Shown: positions 46,701-55,830, counted from the stretch's first letter. The stretch is DNA of 56,764 nucleotides from Candidatus Tantalella remota (GCA_030765685.1 JAVCCB010000082.1:1-56764), one strand, 5' to 3'. Program-made: numbers and translations. Notes: generated by a model not told the origin, from the sequence alone.

Positions 46701-49700
46701 TCAGCGATAGCTCTAACATCAAAGGTCTCACGTCTTATCAAAGCGCGCGCATCCGCATCTCTAAGCATCCCTCTTGCAACAAAACTTTCAAGTGACGGTA
46801 CATCGTATTTCACAAGCGCCCTCGCTACCATATCAGCATAATATCCTGACTTTTCACCGATCTCCGATCCTAAAAGAGCCACCTTATCTTTTAAAGCAGT
46901 GCCTAACCATTCGGCATATCCCTTGTCAACATCTTTCATGGGACCGGGTCTCTTGTGCCTCAGAAAATCAGTATCCTGCGCGGCCTTTATATTTTGTGTC
47001 AATCGGGCATCGACATCTCCGAAGACTTCCCGCTGCAGGGCTCGTAAAAGATAATGCGGGTTATCGGGGTCTTTCTTAGCCTGTTTTAAAGCGTCTTCTT
47101 TTAGAAGCGGAAGTTCAAAAAATAACCCGGTTTCATCACTTGTAATATATAGGCTCATTCCATTGAATCCTATACGCAGCGTACCTTTATTAACAAGGTA
47201 TTCGAGCATTTCATGGAGTATGGCTATTCTGCTTTCGTCGCCTTCGTTGAGGGACTTGTGGATGGCTATAATATCGTATTTCGTATTTCGTATTTCGGAT
47301 TTCGTTAAAGCAAAACCAAAGAGGTCTTCGATGAGGGTGTCAAATGTATACAATGCCGGTGGTGACTTTTCAAGCAAACTCAGCATCGAAAGAAGAATCT
47401 GCCTGTGGCTGTCGTCTATAGCGGGCGCCTGAGTTACCGCCTGGCGAAGAACGGAAACCTGGAACTCCGGATGATGCGTAAGAGCTACTTCATGCGTAAC
47501 GCCTTTTGAATCCTCGACTTTTACCTTCATCTCAGATTCCATGCTAACAACCTTAGCACTCTTGCCCATCTGCGAAGCCTCACCCTTCTTCCCTTCCAGG
47601 CCTGTTTTCTTGTCAACTTTTTTTATCAAAAGCTGTGTTATCTTTGTCTTGAGCTCTTCAAGTTGCCTCAGGCGTTTTACCGCTTCATCCTCTTCTTCCG
47701 CCTTTCCATCCGTCTTCTCTTCTTTTTTCCTGCCGAGTTTATCCCTTAGCTTCAGAGACTGTTCATACCCGTGTTTCGCGTCGATCCAGTTCTTGAGATA
47801 ATGTTTTACCAAGCCGAGAGTAAGGAGATATTCTTTTCTTACGGACTTATCTTTCGCGACTTCTTCCTCTTTTTCCTCACGATAAATGGCTTTGGCGGCT
47901 TTCTCGAACATCTCTTCGGCCACATCATTGTTCTCAAAATAGAATTCCATCCTTCCCAGCATGTAATAGTCTTTTGCGGAGGCGGAACCGAGCATATCAT
48001 CGAAGTACACTTTGTCCCTCATGATATTACGGACCATATGAAGCCTTATCTGCCATAATTTCTCATTGCTTATCCCGTAATATTCGCCAATAAGTTCGTG
48101 TACAGCAAGAGTCTCCTCGACTCCCTTCTCTTCCTCCAGGTATGCCTGCAGCTCATGCAACACTTCCTGTGATACTTCCTGGAGAGCTTCGGCAAGCGCA
48201 TCATCATCCTCATTCTCCCAGTTTCTGAGAACCTCACTTGCCTTGTGAAAATCAAAACTGTACCCGTTCTCCAGTTCCTCCATTTTTTCTCGTACCTTAT
48301 CTCGCAACTTCTTCTTGGCCGCCGAAAGAGCCGGAAATTCGTTCGCGGTATCCATCCTGAATACATTATCCAGGACCGTCCGAGCATTGAGCTCCCGCGG
48401 CATCTTCTGTTCTTTATCGTCCTTATCTTCCTTATCTTCCTCTTTCTTACCTTCCTCTCCTTCTTTTTCTTCAGGTTTCCGCGCGGGCTGGTTCTTCAGT
48501 TTGATTATCCTGGACATGTATATCAGTATGTCCTTGGATATGTTCACCTGCTGAAGTATCCTTTTTTCTTTCTCAGCGAGAGTTTCTCCTGTCTCGGTAT
48601 CTTTTGTCTCCTCGTCCTGTTCTTCACCATCTTCTTCAGCGACCGGCAATCCCCCCTCTGAGGCACCCTTGCCTTTACCTTTTTTCGCTCCTTTGCGGGC
48701 GGCTCCACGTTTACCTTTAATCCCACGTTCCTCAACCATCCCGCGTTTCGCAAATATCATCTGAGTTCCTATGACTATCGCCAGCGAGAGACCAAACCAC
48801 GGAAGAGCACTTATTCCCGGAATAAAAGAAAAGAGAACACATATACCTATAACGGTTACAAGCCTCTTCCAGCTGAAGTTCTTTATCATCAGATAACCAA
48901 AAAACGCGAGCGGCAGGACCCACGCTATTATGACCGTCACCTTGTTCACGGGAAGTATAAACCCCAGAAAGAGAGAAAGCACCGCGCCCGCGGCAAATGT
49001 TATCATGAGGCCCTTCCAGTTTACGCTGCGAAGCATGTCGCCTATCCTGTCTTTTATTGAAAGGCGAATCTTCTGCGTCTTCGCCTTGGGATCCTTTTTC
49101 TTATCTTTCTTTTTAACGGCTTTTTTCCCATCCTGCGCGCCTTCTTCGAAAAGGCTGTCATCGACCTCAATCTCCTGCCCGGCCGGACGCTGATAGAACT
49201 GTTCCACATATTTTATCGCGGCTCGGACTGCCGGATCTATGGCCCAGACGGTATCGGCCATGAAATTGTCATGTGCCTCAATAAGTCTTTTAGCTACACT
49301 TTTTACTTTTTCCAGCTCGTTAGCTTTAAGTTTACTTTTGGGACGGCCGGCGATAATGATATCTGTTTCGCTCCAGACGGTGTCCATCTGCCATATCCAG
49401 TTAAGGCGCGTGTGTATAAGCTGAAACTGTTCTTCGATCTCCCTGAACAATTTGCGCGCCGTCTCCCGGTCGATCCGGCCTTTTTCGTGCGGGAACAGCG
49501 CTCTTAACCTTTCCGCGATACCGCTACCTCGGCCTATATATCTTGACTGGTTTATCATCAGAAACCTGATGACATTTTCTCTCCATTTTTTGTATTTTGT
49601 ATAAAACCTGGTACCCAGGCCGGGACCATCGCCCCTAAAATCCTGTTTCTTGAAATCTTCAAATTCCTTCTCTATTTCGGTACGATCGGGCATTTCTTCG

Positions 49701-50812
49701 GGAATGCCGCCGGAACGTTCCCATATGACTTTTTTGAATGCCAGCGTAAGTTCCCCATCCTTCCTGCCGTCACGCTTGTCTCCCGTTATGTCTTTGTAAT
49801 TATCGGGAAACAGTATCTCCTGCAGGCGCCGTGCTTTATCGTGTCCGAAATACGGGCAGATGACTTCATGTAGAACATATTCCTGCAATACTTTGTCATC
49901 ATGGAGAACAAGATCCAAAACCTGGGTGGACAAGCCTATCGTCCCCGGGAACACATCTCTTAAAAGCGTGTTTACCTTATTGGAAGTCCCGGAGCGGTTT
50001 TCCGCCTGCACATTTGTATTAAAACCAAGCAGCCACCCGCTAGCGTCACCCTCGTTCTGCGCGTCAGGGAGAACTATAGCGTCAAACTCGACCATATTAA
50101 TATCTGTAGAAGCATCAATAAGCTTCTCGAGATTCTTTCTGGTATTATCCTCCAAAGCCGTATCAGCCAGTACGGTTTTTACATTTTTAAGAAGACGATC
50201 TACCTTGTGGCGTAAAGACGTCCGTAACTCCGGTAATTTCCTTTCTTCGGGCATAAGCGCTTTCAACAGTTCTTCAGCATCGCCTTTGGCTACAGCCCCT
50301 TCCTGCTCATTCTGGACCTTTTTACTGATAAGCACCTGTCTTGAGATGTATTCTCCGAGCTTTCTATCTTCCAGGACCTTCCATAAAGAACCGGCATCTT
50401 CAGTACCCGGTATGCGATGATTGTAGAAACGGATCCTGCATGTCCCCAGATCGACGACGAACTCACCCTTCTCAGGAGCTCCCTCAAGAACAGGCACGAT
50501 CCCCTTAAGCCTCGCGGGAATATCCTCAGAACGTATCATTCTGCTGATAGCTTCCTCAACACGAGCTTTCATAGACTGAAGATTAAGACTGTCTGGATCG
50601 GTTTCAAGGCGGGAAAGATATTTCGTAAAATAACTGGCTGTCGCAGCCCCAACACTGCCGGATTCAAAAGATGCGTCAAAAAAGGACTGTGCCTGGAGAG
50701 TATCACGTTTGAAGACATCCGGGTTGGCCCATACCACGCTCTGCCATATAAGAGATATGGTCAAAGCTATAGCAATTGTCTTAAGAATATTTGATGTTTT
50801 AAATTTACTCAT
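43781..50812 (-). CDS. Giant secreted/membrane multi-domain protein (2343 aa)
   Basis: Start reassigned to MSKF (signal peptide ...QSVVWA); two HE domains, ~4 TMs, TPRs, 39-aa repeats, Cys-His-Asp domain, GNAT. Confidence 0.85.
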   Translation of the reverse strand: MSKFKTSNILKTIAIALTISLIWQSVVWANPDVFKRDTLQAQSFFDASFESGSVGAATASYFTKYLSRLETDPDSLNLQSMKARVEEAISRMIRSEDIPARLKGIVPVLEGAPEKGEFVVDLGTCRIRFYNHRIPGTEDAGSLWKVLEDRKLGEYISRQVLISKKVQNEQEGAVAKGDAEELLKALMPEERKLPELRTSLRHKVDRLLKNVKTVLADTALEDNTRKNLEKLIDASTDINMVEFDAIVLPDAQNEGDASGWLLGFNTNVQAENRSGTSNKVNTLLRDVFPGTIGLSTQVLDLVLHDDKVLQEYVLHEVICPYFGHDKARRLQEILFPDNYKDITGDKRDGRKDGELTLAFKKVIWERSGGIPEEMPDRTEIEKEFEDFKKQDFRGDGPGLGTRFYTKYKKWRENVIRFLMINQSRYIGRGSGIAERLRALFPHEKGRIDRETARKLFREIEEQFQLIHTRLNWIWQMDTVWSETDIIIAGRPKSKLKANELEKVKSVAKRLIEAHDNFMADTVWAIDPAVRAAIKYVEQFYQRPAGQEIEVDDSLFEEGAQDGKKAVKKKDKKKDPKAKTQKIRLSIKDRIGDMLRSVNWKGLMITFAAGAVLSLFLGFILPVNKVTVIIAWVLPLAFFGYLMIKNFSWKRLVTVIGICVLFSFIPGISALPWFGLSLAIVIGTQMIFAKRGMVEERGIKGKRGAARKGAKKGKGKGASEGGLPVAEEDGEEQDEETKDTETGETLAEKEKRILQQVNISKDILIYMSRIIKLKNQPARKPEEKEGEEGKKEEDKEDKDDKEQKMPRELNARTVLDNVFRMDTANEFPALSAAKKKLRDKVREKMEELENGYSFDFHKASEVLRNWENEDDDALAEALQEVSQEVLHELQAYLEEEKGVEETLAVHELIGEYYGISNEKLWQIRLHMVRNIMRDKVYFDDMLGSASAKDYYMLGRMEFYFENNDVAEEMFEKAAKAIYREEKEEEVAKDKSVRKEYLLTLGLVKHYLKNWIDAKHGYEQSLKLRDKLGRKKEEKTDGKAEEEDEAVKRLRQLEELKTKITQLLIKKVDKKTGLEGKKGEASQMGKSAKVVSMESEMKVKVEDSKGVTHEVALTHHPEFQVSVLRQAVTQAPAIDDSHRQILLSMLSLLEKSPPALYTFDTLIEDLFGFALTKSEIRNTKYDIIAIHKSLNEGDESRIAILHEMLEYLVNKGTLRIGFNGMSLYITSDETGLFFELPLLKEDALKQAKKDPDNPHYLLRALQREVFGDVDARLTQNIKAAQDTDFLRHKRPGPMKDVDKGYAEWLGTALKDKVALLGSEIGEKSGYYADMVARALVKYDVPSLESFVARGMLRDADARALIRRETFDVRAIAELIDGILEGYISEGFTEKTREKLLWHLVTREEFNALRELFPDVTKGGAIRAFTHKPESPLKFLGEVTKDVEAIRHEPEFRDFPDWAISRICINSPSDPRNVLREALEKRTEIRKDPEFDNIPEWAVLGACVQRPRDPQGLLIKIKDNVAKIGIEEEFKDIPEWVVYSVCLHNLSKARKILRDLIKRVNGIKSSTEFRHRSYKHIFYACLYREDDPEGYLRAFRNEDNTFAENEIPQMGKRAKVTGINPGAEGIGEGQALTDDHIRLQELLREAGYPEEAVANVPRELVDLVAEMRAKYSGLAEVISGGNIEEANKITRSLLLDLHGKGYNNYIVVDPVREYLVTSLSGGNIFKELLEKERFPSKVRLRAELLECTVLAQLSYLILRDLGITDISGVFSRDHISLAVPTGGTRYLFVDPATGAVGDVELKDFFERDSVHAWKMKEGVLLEGKLMYMGGDIHTIQLVEAKGITSSMIDRQGVVFYEMGEKEKALASFRRALEMCPENAGALNNLGNMYFEEGNYAASIDMYTETLRIDPGVGAAYYNRGNAYAELEKCYEARNDYLHAQALMPEDADIAHKLSALEKVTSSALDKNMAVIHADQLSRSEKIEMIGKVIKKYKSHNEKGIFFDDGETGDRSEWIFVVRGDEPLGFIEYILEEEQSVVCAHHVFRESRGEGVGRQLIRELVEKLQYGLADNPERELLTSTRLTKQGEKIWTEMYGDAANINVSDGGKRINIDISKKLDLLPDAQDSVLDLTTAEGILKNAETAIPSLVNAMITVTEKKKRPVLAIDSSLGDGEVNALLAMLIKVIPTIDNNNSDLKRFLRDLVRINGKGEDLARRIGNITDPKTGSVDPADVIVITRKDNIDLFGTISTVVGIDDTGFSETSYLPLLEVTLFAIGKHLGWSKEDLLRYYNMIPNVIAAEDLSFQDYTALFEGEMRTLIIRLIPDAVEFRKGELRELWEGIRTMLARA

Positions 50813-50918
50813 TATTTTTCTTCTTAAACCCTTTAACTTATTCCGGCAACACGAATACCTGCCCGTTCCAGTGTAAAACGGAAAAATCAGTCTAACTTTT
50901 TGTTTTGCTAATAGTGTT

Positions 50919-50947
50919 ATTATAGTAAAAAGAGAGATTGAAGTCAA
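50919..50947 (-). promoter_or_regulatory. sigma70 promoter of giant gene
   Basis: TTGACT-17 nt-TATAAT; about 100-nt leader. Confidence 0.75.
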
Positions 50948-51083
50948 ACCATCTTATCTAGCTTTTTTATATTCTAACCTTTAGGGCAAAAAAATGAAGG
51001 ATTTTACGATTTTAGGGTGCCAAAAGAACCCTATTTTGCTCTTTTTGTGTAATATTTATATAGTGTAATTAAGGTGAGGAACA

Positions 51084-51635
51084 CTAACGTTCAAGAGCCC
51101 TGCCCGCTTCCAGTGACCTGCCGCCACCGGTAAAGGCTCTCACGAGCATATAGCCTATCAGGGTACCCAAAGCGGCACCCGCTACTACGTCTAAAGGATA
51201 ATGTACTCCCAGGTATATCCGTGATATCCCTACAAGAACAGCGAGAGTGTAAAAGATATACCATTTCCGGAAACAGGCTGAGAAAATAAACGCGGCTGTG
51301 AACGCCATGGTCGCGTGCCCCGAAGGAAAAGAAAAACCATTAGCGACTATCAACGGAGCCACTCCTTCTATCGTCATAAAAGGGCGCGGACGTGTAACCA
51401 GAGTTTTCAGGGTACTCATACAATAATAGGAAAAAGACACCCCCGCCATAAGAAGCACACCCGTCGCCTTAATGTTCCTGTTCTTAAAAAATACCAGGAG
51501 CAGCGCGATAATAAAAATTATCTTCCCGTCGCCCGCGGAGGTTATGACGAGCATCATCTTATCGAGTACAGGGTTACTACACGTTCCGTTTATGAAGTGA
51601 AAAGCCACAAGGTCTATATTCTGCAAAAGATCCAT
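51084..51635 (-). CDS. PAP2 family phosphatase (undecaprenyl-PP phosphatase-like)
   Basis: KTLVTRPRP, SFPSGH, SRIYLGVHYPLDV. Confidence 0.92.
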   Translation of the reverse strand: MDLLQNIDLVAFHFINGTCSNPVLDKMMLVITSAGDGKIIFIIALLLVFFKNRNIKATGVLLMAGVSFSYYCMSTLKTLVTRPRPFMTIEGVAPLIVANGFSFPSGHATMAFTAAFIFSACFRKWYIFYTLAVLVGISRIYLGVHYPLDVVAGAALGTLIGYMLVRAFTGGGRSLEAGRALER

Positions 51636-51646
51636 TTACACCCTCT

Positions 51647-52108
51647 CTATCCAGCTTTGTGTATCATTATTTTATCAGCTATCTGTTCAGGCCCCTCCAA
51701 AGCGTTAACCCCGGCGATATCCCACGCCCCCAAACCGTAAACCGGTTTGCCTGCATTGAGCGCGAAAGCTATTTCTGAAAGAGTCCCATACTCTCCGGAC
51801 AGAGCGACTATCATGTCCGCGGCACCAGCTACAAGTGTATTTCTTGTATACCCCATTCCCGTCGGGATCACCACATCCACGAATTCATTGGCATCGGATT
51901 TGTCCTCTCCGGGTATTATGCCTACCGTTAAACCGCCCTTTTGCTTGGCACCGCGACAAGCTGCCTTCATTATTCCTCCCAGACCGCCACAGACAAGAAC
52001 AGCGTCCTGCTCAGCTACTATCTCCCCTATTTTCGCAGCAAGCTCTGAAGCCTCCGCATCACATTTATGTCCGCCTATGACAGAAACTAGAAATTTCTTT
52101 TCGCTCAT
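51647..52108 (-). CDS. TIGR00725/SLOG (LOG-like) family protein
   Basis: VCGGLGGIM, GIIPG, PTGMGYTRN, GEYGTLSEIAFAL. Confidence 0.88.
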   Translation of the reverse strand: MSEKKFLVSVIGGHKCDAEASELAAKIGEIVAEQDAVLVCGGLGGIMKAACRGAKQKGGLTVGIIPGEDKSDANEFVDVVIPTGMGYTRNTLVAGAADMIVALSGEYGTLSEIAFALNAGKPVYGLGAWDIAGVNALEGPEQIADKIMIHKAG

Positions 52109-52122
52109 TATGCCTCCGATTT

Positions 52123-52511
52123 AGTACCGGGTATCCCGCCTTCCTCCTTCGCCAACCTATTTAGGTTTTATCTGGCTACGGCGGACTTCGTCGCTGAAGC
52201 TACGGCGGACAGGCGAGTACCGGGTACCGGGTTTTGGTAGTAAGTTTTTGTTTTAACAGCTGGTGTGGTCTCTGGTTATTGGTCCATGGTCAGAAAATTC
52301 CAGGTTATCAGGTTATCGGGTTATCGGGAACTAGGGTATCGGGATATCCGGGAAAGAACCTTATATCCGATTTCCTGATACCCTGATATCCTAGTCCCCA
52401 ATTTCCTGGTCCCCCAATTTCCTACCTAAACTGCCCTCAAACATACAAACCATCAACCATACCAGTAGCCAAAACTCAAACTATTCACCAGCACTGTGTA
52501 TTGAGTATTGA
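52123..52511. repeat. Mosaic repeat block with 79-nt nested element (52135-52213) and inverted octamer arrays
   Basis: Same 30+49 composite as 10530-10608 but inserted at gggtat|cgagtacc. Confidence 0.82.
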
Positions 52512-52512
52512 G

Positions 52513-53331
52513 TTAATAATCTATCTTTTCCAGGAACTCATTAATTCCTACAGCATATTTGTCTTCATTCAGAAAGACACTGTCATTGTGTCCGCCGCGC
52601 AAGTTAAGAAAACTTTTTGGTTCAATCGACGCCTCGAAGAGCATTTTTCCATGATGATACGGCACAATATCGTCCTCTGAGCTATGTATCACGAGGACCG
52701 GCACTTTCAGTCCTCCCATTTTGGATAACGTATCATATTTTATGGTTATGACCACAGACATCGGCAAAAACGGATAGATCTCTTTTGCCATATCCGTCGT
52801 AGAGGTAAACGTGCTGTCGATTATCACGGCAGGGACATCTGTCCGGGAAGCGACCTCTACCGCTATCGCTCCTCCCAAAGACTTCCCATAAAACAGGATC
52901 TTCTTCTTATCTACATCATCGCGGGAAACCAGATATTCATATGCCGCGTAACCGTCTTCATACGTGCCTTTTTCCGAGGGCCGCCCTTTGCTCTTACCAT
53001 ACCCTCTGTAATCAAAAATGAACACATTGAAACCCAGACGATACAGCATGGTTATTATTTCCAGGCGATGGCTTATATTTCCCGCGTTCCCGTGACAAAA
53101 CAATATAGTTCCCCGCGGCTTGTCCACTTGCGGGATAAACCATCCGTTCAGAGAGGTTCCGTCAGAAGAACTGAAATATACGTCTTCGTATTCAAGACCG
53201 GCGGCCTGGGGGGTCTCTTCCATTGATGCGGTCGGAAAAAACAGATTGCTGTACTCGAACCACCTGATCCACAAAAAGACCAGCACCCCGATGACAACCG
53301 TTAATAGTATCCAGAAAATTATTGTCTTCAA
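52513..53331 (-). CDS. Membrane-anchored alpha/beta hydrolase
   Basis: HGNAGN, DYRGYG, GKSLGG nucleophile elbow, HSSEDDIVP, GGHND. Confidence 0.92.
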   Translation of the reverse strand: MKTIIFWILLTVVIGVLVFLWIRWFEYSNLFFPTASMEETPQAAGLEYEDVYFSSSDGTSLNGWFIPQVDKPRGTILFCHGNAGNISHRLEIITMLYRLGFNVFIFDYRGYGKSKGRPSEKGTYEDGYAAYEYLVSRDDVDKKKILFYGKSLGGAIAVEVASRTDVPAVIIDSTFTSTTDMAKEIYPFLPMSVVITIKYDTLSKMGGLKVPVLVIHSSEDDIVPYHHGKMLFEASIEPKSFLNLRGGHNDSVFLNEDKYAVGINEFLEKIDY

Positions 53332-53474
53332 AATATATATCCTATATTATCCCCTTTACCATGCGTCTTAAACTTCTTTTTACCTTCGAGATCAACCTTA
53401 ACCTTCATTGTTCTCCCTTCCCTATTAAGTTTACCCTGTACCGGAGGAGCATAGCGGCGACTGGTACGGGGCTA

Positions 53475-53504
53475 CTTGTCCGCCATAGCTTTAGCGAAGG
53501 CAAA
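53475..53504 (-). repeat. 30-nt mini-element (slightly degenerate)
   Basis: cttgtccgccatagctttagcgaaggcaaa on the + strand. Confidence 0.7.
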
Positions 53505-53564
53505 AGCCTTAGGAGGACGGCGGATAATATGGTTTTATATCCACATCCATTATATAATAAAGCC

Positions 53565-54398
53565 GTGGACACTCAAATACTCTTTTCTGTTGTGATACCG
53601 ACCTATGATCGGGAACGATTCCTTAAAAAGTGCGTGGATTCTGTTCTGGCGCAAACATATACGCGTTTCGAGGTCATTATAGTCGATGACGGCTCGAGGG
53701 ACGGGACAAAAGACCTTATCGCGTCTTACGATGATAACAAGATCCTTTATACCCGCCAGGACAATAAGGGCGTTTCCCGCGCCCGGAACAAGGGCCTTGA
53801 ACTAGCGAAGGGCGACTTCGTGGCGTTCCTGGACTCGGATGACTGGTGGTCCGTGAAAAAACTTGAGAGAAGCCTGCAATACATACTGGACTTCCCTGAC
53901 ATAAACATATTCCATACCGACGAGATCTGGTATCGGAACGGAAACCTTCTCAAACAGCTCTCCCGTCATAAAAAACCAACCGGCCATGTATACAGGAACG
54001 CTTTGCCTATTTGCTGCATAAGCATTTCCACCGCGGTCATTAAAAAAACCGTTTTTGACGATATCGGGACATTTGACGAAGACCTAGAGGCCTGCGAAGA
54101 TTACGATTTCTGGCTGAGAGCCACCAATAAATACGAAGTAAAACTTATTCCTGAGGACCTCACCCTCAAGGACGGTGGAAGACCCGACCAGCTCTCATCA
54201 AGCGTCTGGGGCCTGGACCGGTTCAGGATAAAAGCTCTGGGTAAGATGCTCGCATCGAACATCCTGTCTCCGGAAAATTCTGAAGCTACCCTGGACGAAC
54301 TCCGGAATAAATGCGAGATATTCGCAGTCGGATGTGAAAAACACGGGAAGACAGAAGACGCAGATTACTATCGTAGTTTGCCCACAACATATCAGTAA
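53565..54398 (+). CDS. GT2 family glycosyltransferase
   Basis: SVVIPTY, VDDGS, GVSRARN, FLDSDD, EDYDFW; start reassigned to GTG 53565, 6 nt after TATAAT. Confidence 0.92.
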   Translation: MDTQILFSVVIPTYDRERFLKKCVDSVLAQTYTRFEVIIVDDGSRDGTKDLIASYDDNKILYTRQDNKGVSRARNKGLELAKGDFVAFLDSDDWWSVKKLERSLQYILDFPDINIFHTDEIWYRNGNLLKQLSRHKKPTGHVYRNALPICCISISTAVIKKTVFDDIGTFDEDLEACEDYDFWLRATNKYEVKLIPEDLTLKDGGRPDQLSSSVWGLDRFRIKALGKMLASNILSPENSEATLDELRNKCEIFAVGCEKHGKTEDADYYRSLPTTYQ

Positions 54399-54555
54399 AA
54401 ATCAGGGATCAGTAATAAATTCTAGGTTTGCGTTGGAGGGTTACGGCTATTGAATCGTCTGACGTTATAGGGTTACGGCTTAGCCTCTACCGTAAACCTC
54501 TACCGATTCCACACACGTAGCCGATCAACGATATACAAGATACTAACATGGTGAG

Positions 54556-55629
54556 CTACTTCTGAATCTTGACCGGATCCGACCCCGGGTTCCAGTCAAG
54601 TGTGCGGATAGGATACGGGATGACGATGTCTTCTTCCTTGAAACGTTTGTGCAGACGCTTAATAAACTCGTGTTTGAGCAGATAGCTGTCGGTGAATTCT
54701 TGAGCTCTGAGCAATACCCTAAAGTCTATGCTGGAATCGTTGAAGGTATGAAAACGAACATTCGGCTCAAAATCCTTCACGCCGCCTTCCACATTCTCCA
54801 GGACGTCTTTAGCTACTTCCACTACTACTTTTTCCACATGATCAAGGTCTGAATCGTAATGGACACCTGCCTGTATCTTTATCGAGATCTCCGTTTCAGG
54901 GTAGTAATAATTCAAAACACGGGAGTTTACCAGGACGTTGTTCGGTATGACAACCGTATTATTAAGAAGCATCCTTACCCACGTTGAGCGCCATCCGATC
55001 TTTTCGACATACCCTTCCTCCCCGGAGTCAAGCTTGATAAACTGACCGATCTTTATCGGCTTGTCGATTATAAGCTGCATACCGGAAAAGAAGTTCTCCA
55101 GCGTCGGTTGAAGCGCCAGAGCTACCGCCAGAGAACCCACACCCAGCGAAGCCAGTATAGGGGTTAGGGAAACTCCGAAATTGTCCAGAAGGATAAGAAG
55201 ACCCAGCCCCATGACGACCGCCCGGAGAATGATCTGGATGACACCTTTAGAATCCCTGAGAGCCGGTATATTTTCAGAATAGGTTTTCACGAGACCCGTG
55301 AATAACCTGTCAAAGAAGATTATTATAGCGATTATTGTAGTCGCCTTGAAAACTATGTCAACCATAACGAGAAGTTCGCCGTCAGTACCGAACTGAAAGA
55401 TGTTATCCAGAACAGCAATTCCGCTTACAAAAACAAAAAGTAGCAGCGGAAGATCCAGGGCGTGCATAAGAACATCGTCAAAACGAAAAGCGGTCTTCGT
55501 CGCGAACCTCTTTATCGCCCCGAAGACCACCCTTTTCAATATAAGGAACACACTTACCCATAAGAAATACAGAACGGGTATGTATATCGCGGCGGGTACA
55601 TCCATCCCCCAAATACGCAAATTGCTCAC
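54556..55629 (-). CDS. MscS family mechanosensitive channel
   Basis: ASLGVGSLAVALALQPTLENFFSG, G-V-KIGWRST, IPN, IPYP. Confidence 0.93.
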   Translation of the reverse strand: MSNLRIWGMDVPAAIYIPVLYFLWVSVFLILKRVVFGAIKRFATKTAFRFDDVLMHALDLPLLLFVFVSGIAVLDNIFQFGTDGELLVMVDIVFKATTIIAIIIFFDRLFTGLVKTYSENIPALRDSKGVIQIILRAVVMGLGLLILLDNFGVSLTPILASLGVGSLAVALALQPTLENFFSGMQLIIDKPIKIGQFIKLDSGEEGYVEKIGWRSTWVRMLLNNTVVIPNNVLVNSRVLNYYYPETEISIKIQAGVHYDSDLDHVEKVVVEVAKDVLENVEGGVKDFEPNVRFHTFNDSSIDFRVLLRAQEFTDSYLLKHEFIKRLHKRFKEEDIVIPYPIRTLDWNPGSDPVKIQK

Positions 55630-55656
55630 TTATCCCTCCAAGTTATCCACAAATTT

Positions 55657-55830
55657 AACCTGGTTAGTTCCTGCCAGGTTACGATAAAAACCCAAAATCC
55701 TAAACCCAAAATCCAAAAGAAATCCTAACCATTAAATCCAAAATACCTGTTTCCCCTTATTGCCCTTTTATGTGTTTTGTCATTTGGACTTCATTTGGGC
55801 TTTGGATTTTGTCATTTGGCTTTGGATCCT
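55657..55830. repeat. aacctgg hairpin plus inverted aaatcca/tggattt heptamer arrays
   Basis: cccaaaatcc arrays mirrored by gtcatttggatttt arrays. Confidence 0.72.

Noticed and set aside
50813-50947. ORF-track N-terminal extension of the giant protein (also era, ispH, GT2, prenyl synthase and both FecR genes)
   Set aside because: The upstream starts fall in promoter, repeat or upstream-gene sequence; the giant gene's TTG is its -35 box.
54428-54530. Possible ncRNA between GT2 and MscS (agggttacggct twice)
   Set aside because: Resembles the ccccgtaaccc module near 87 and 8147; too little evidence for an RNA gene.
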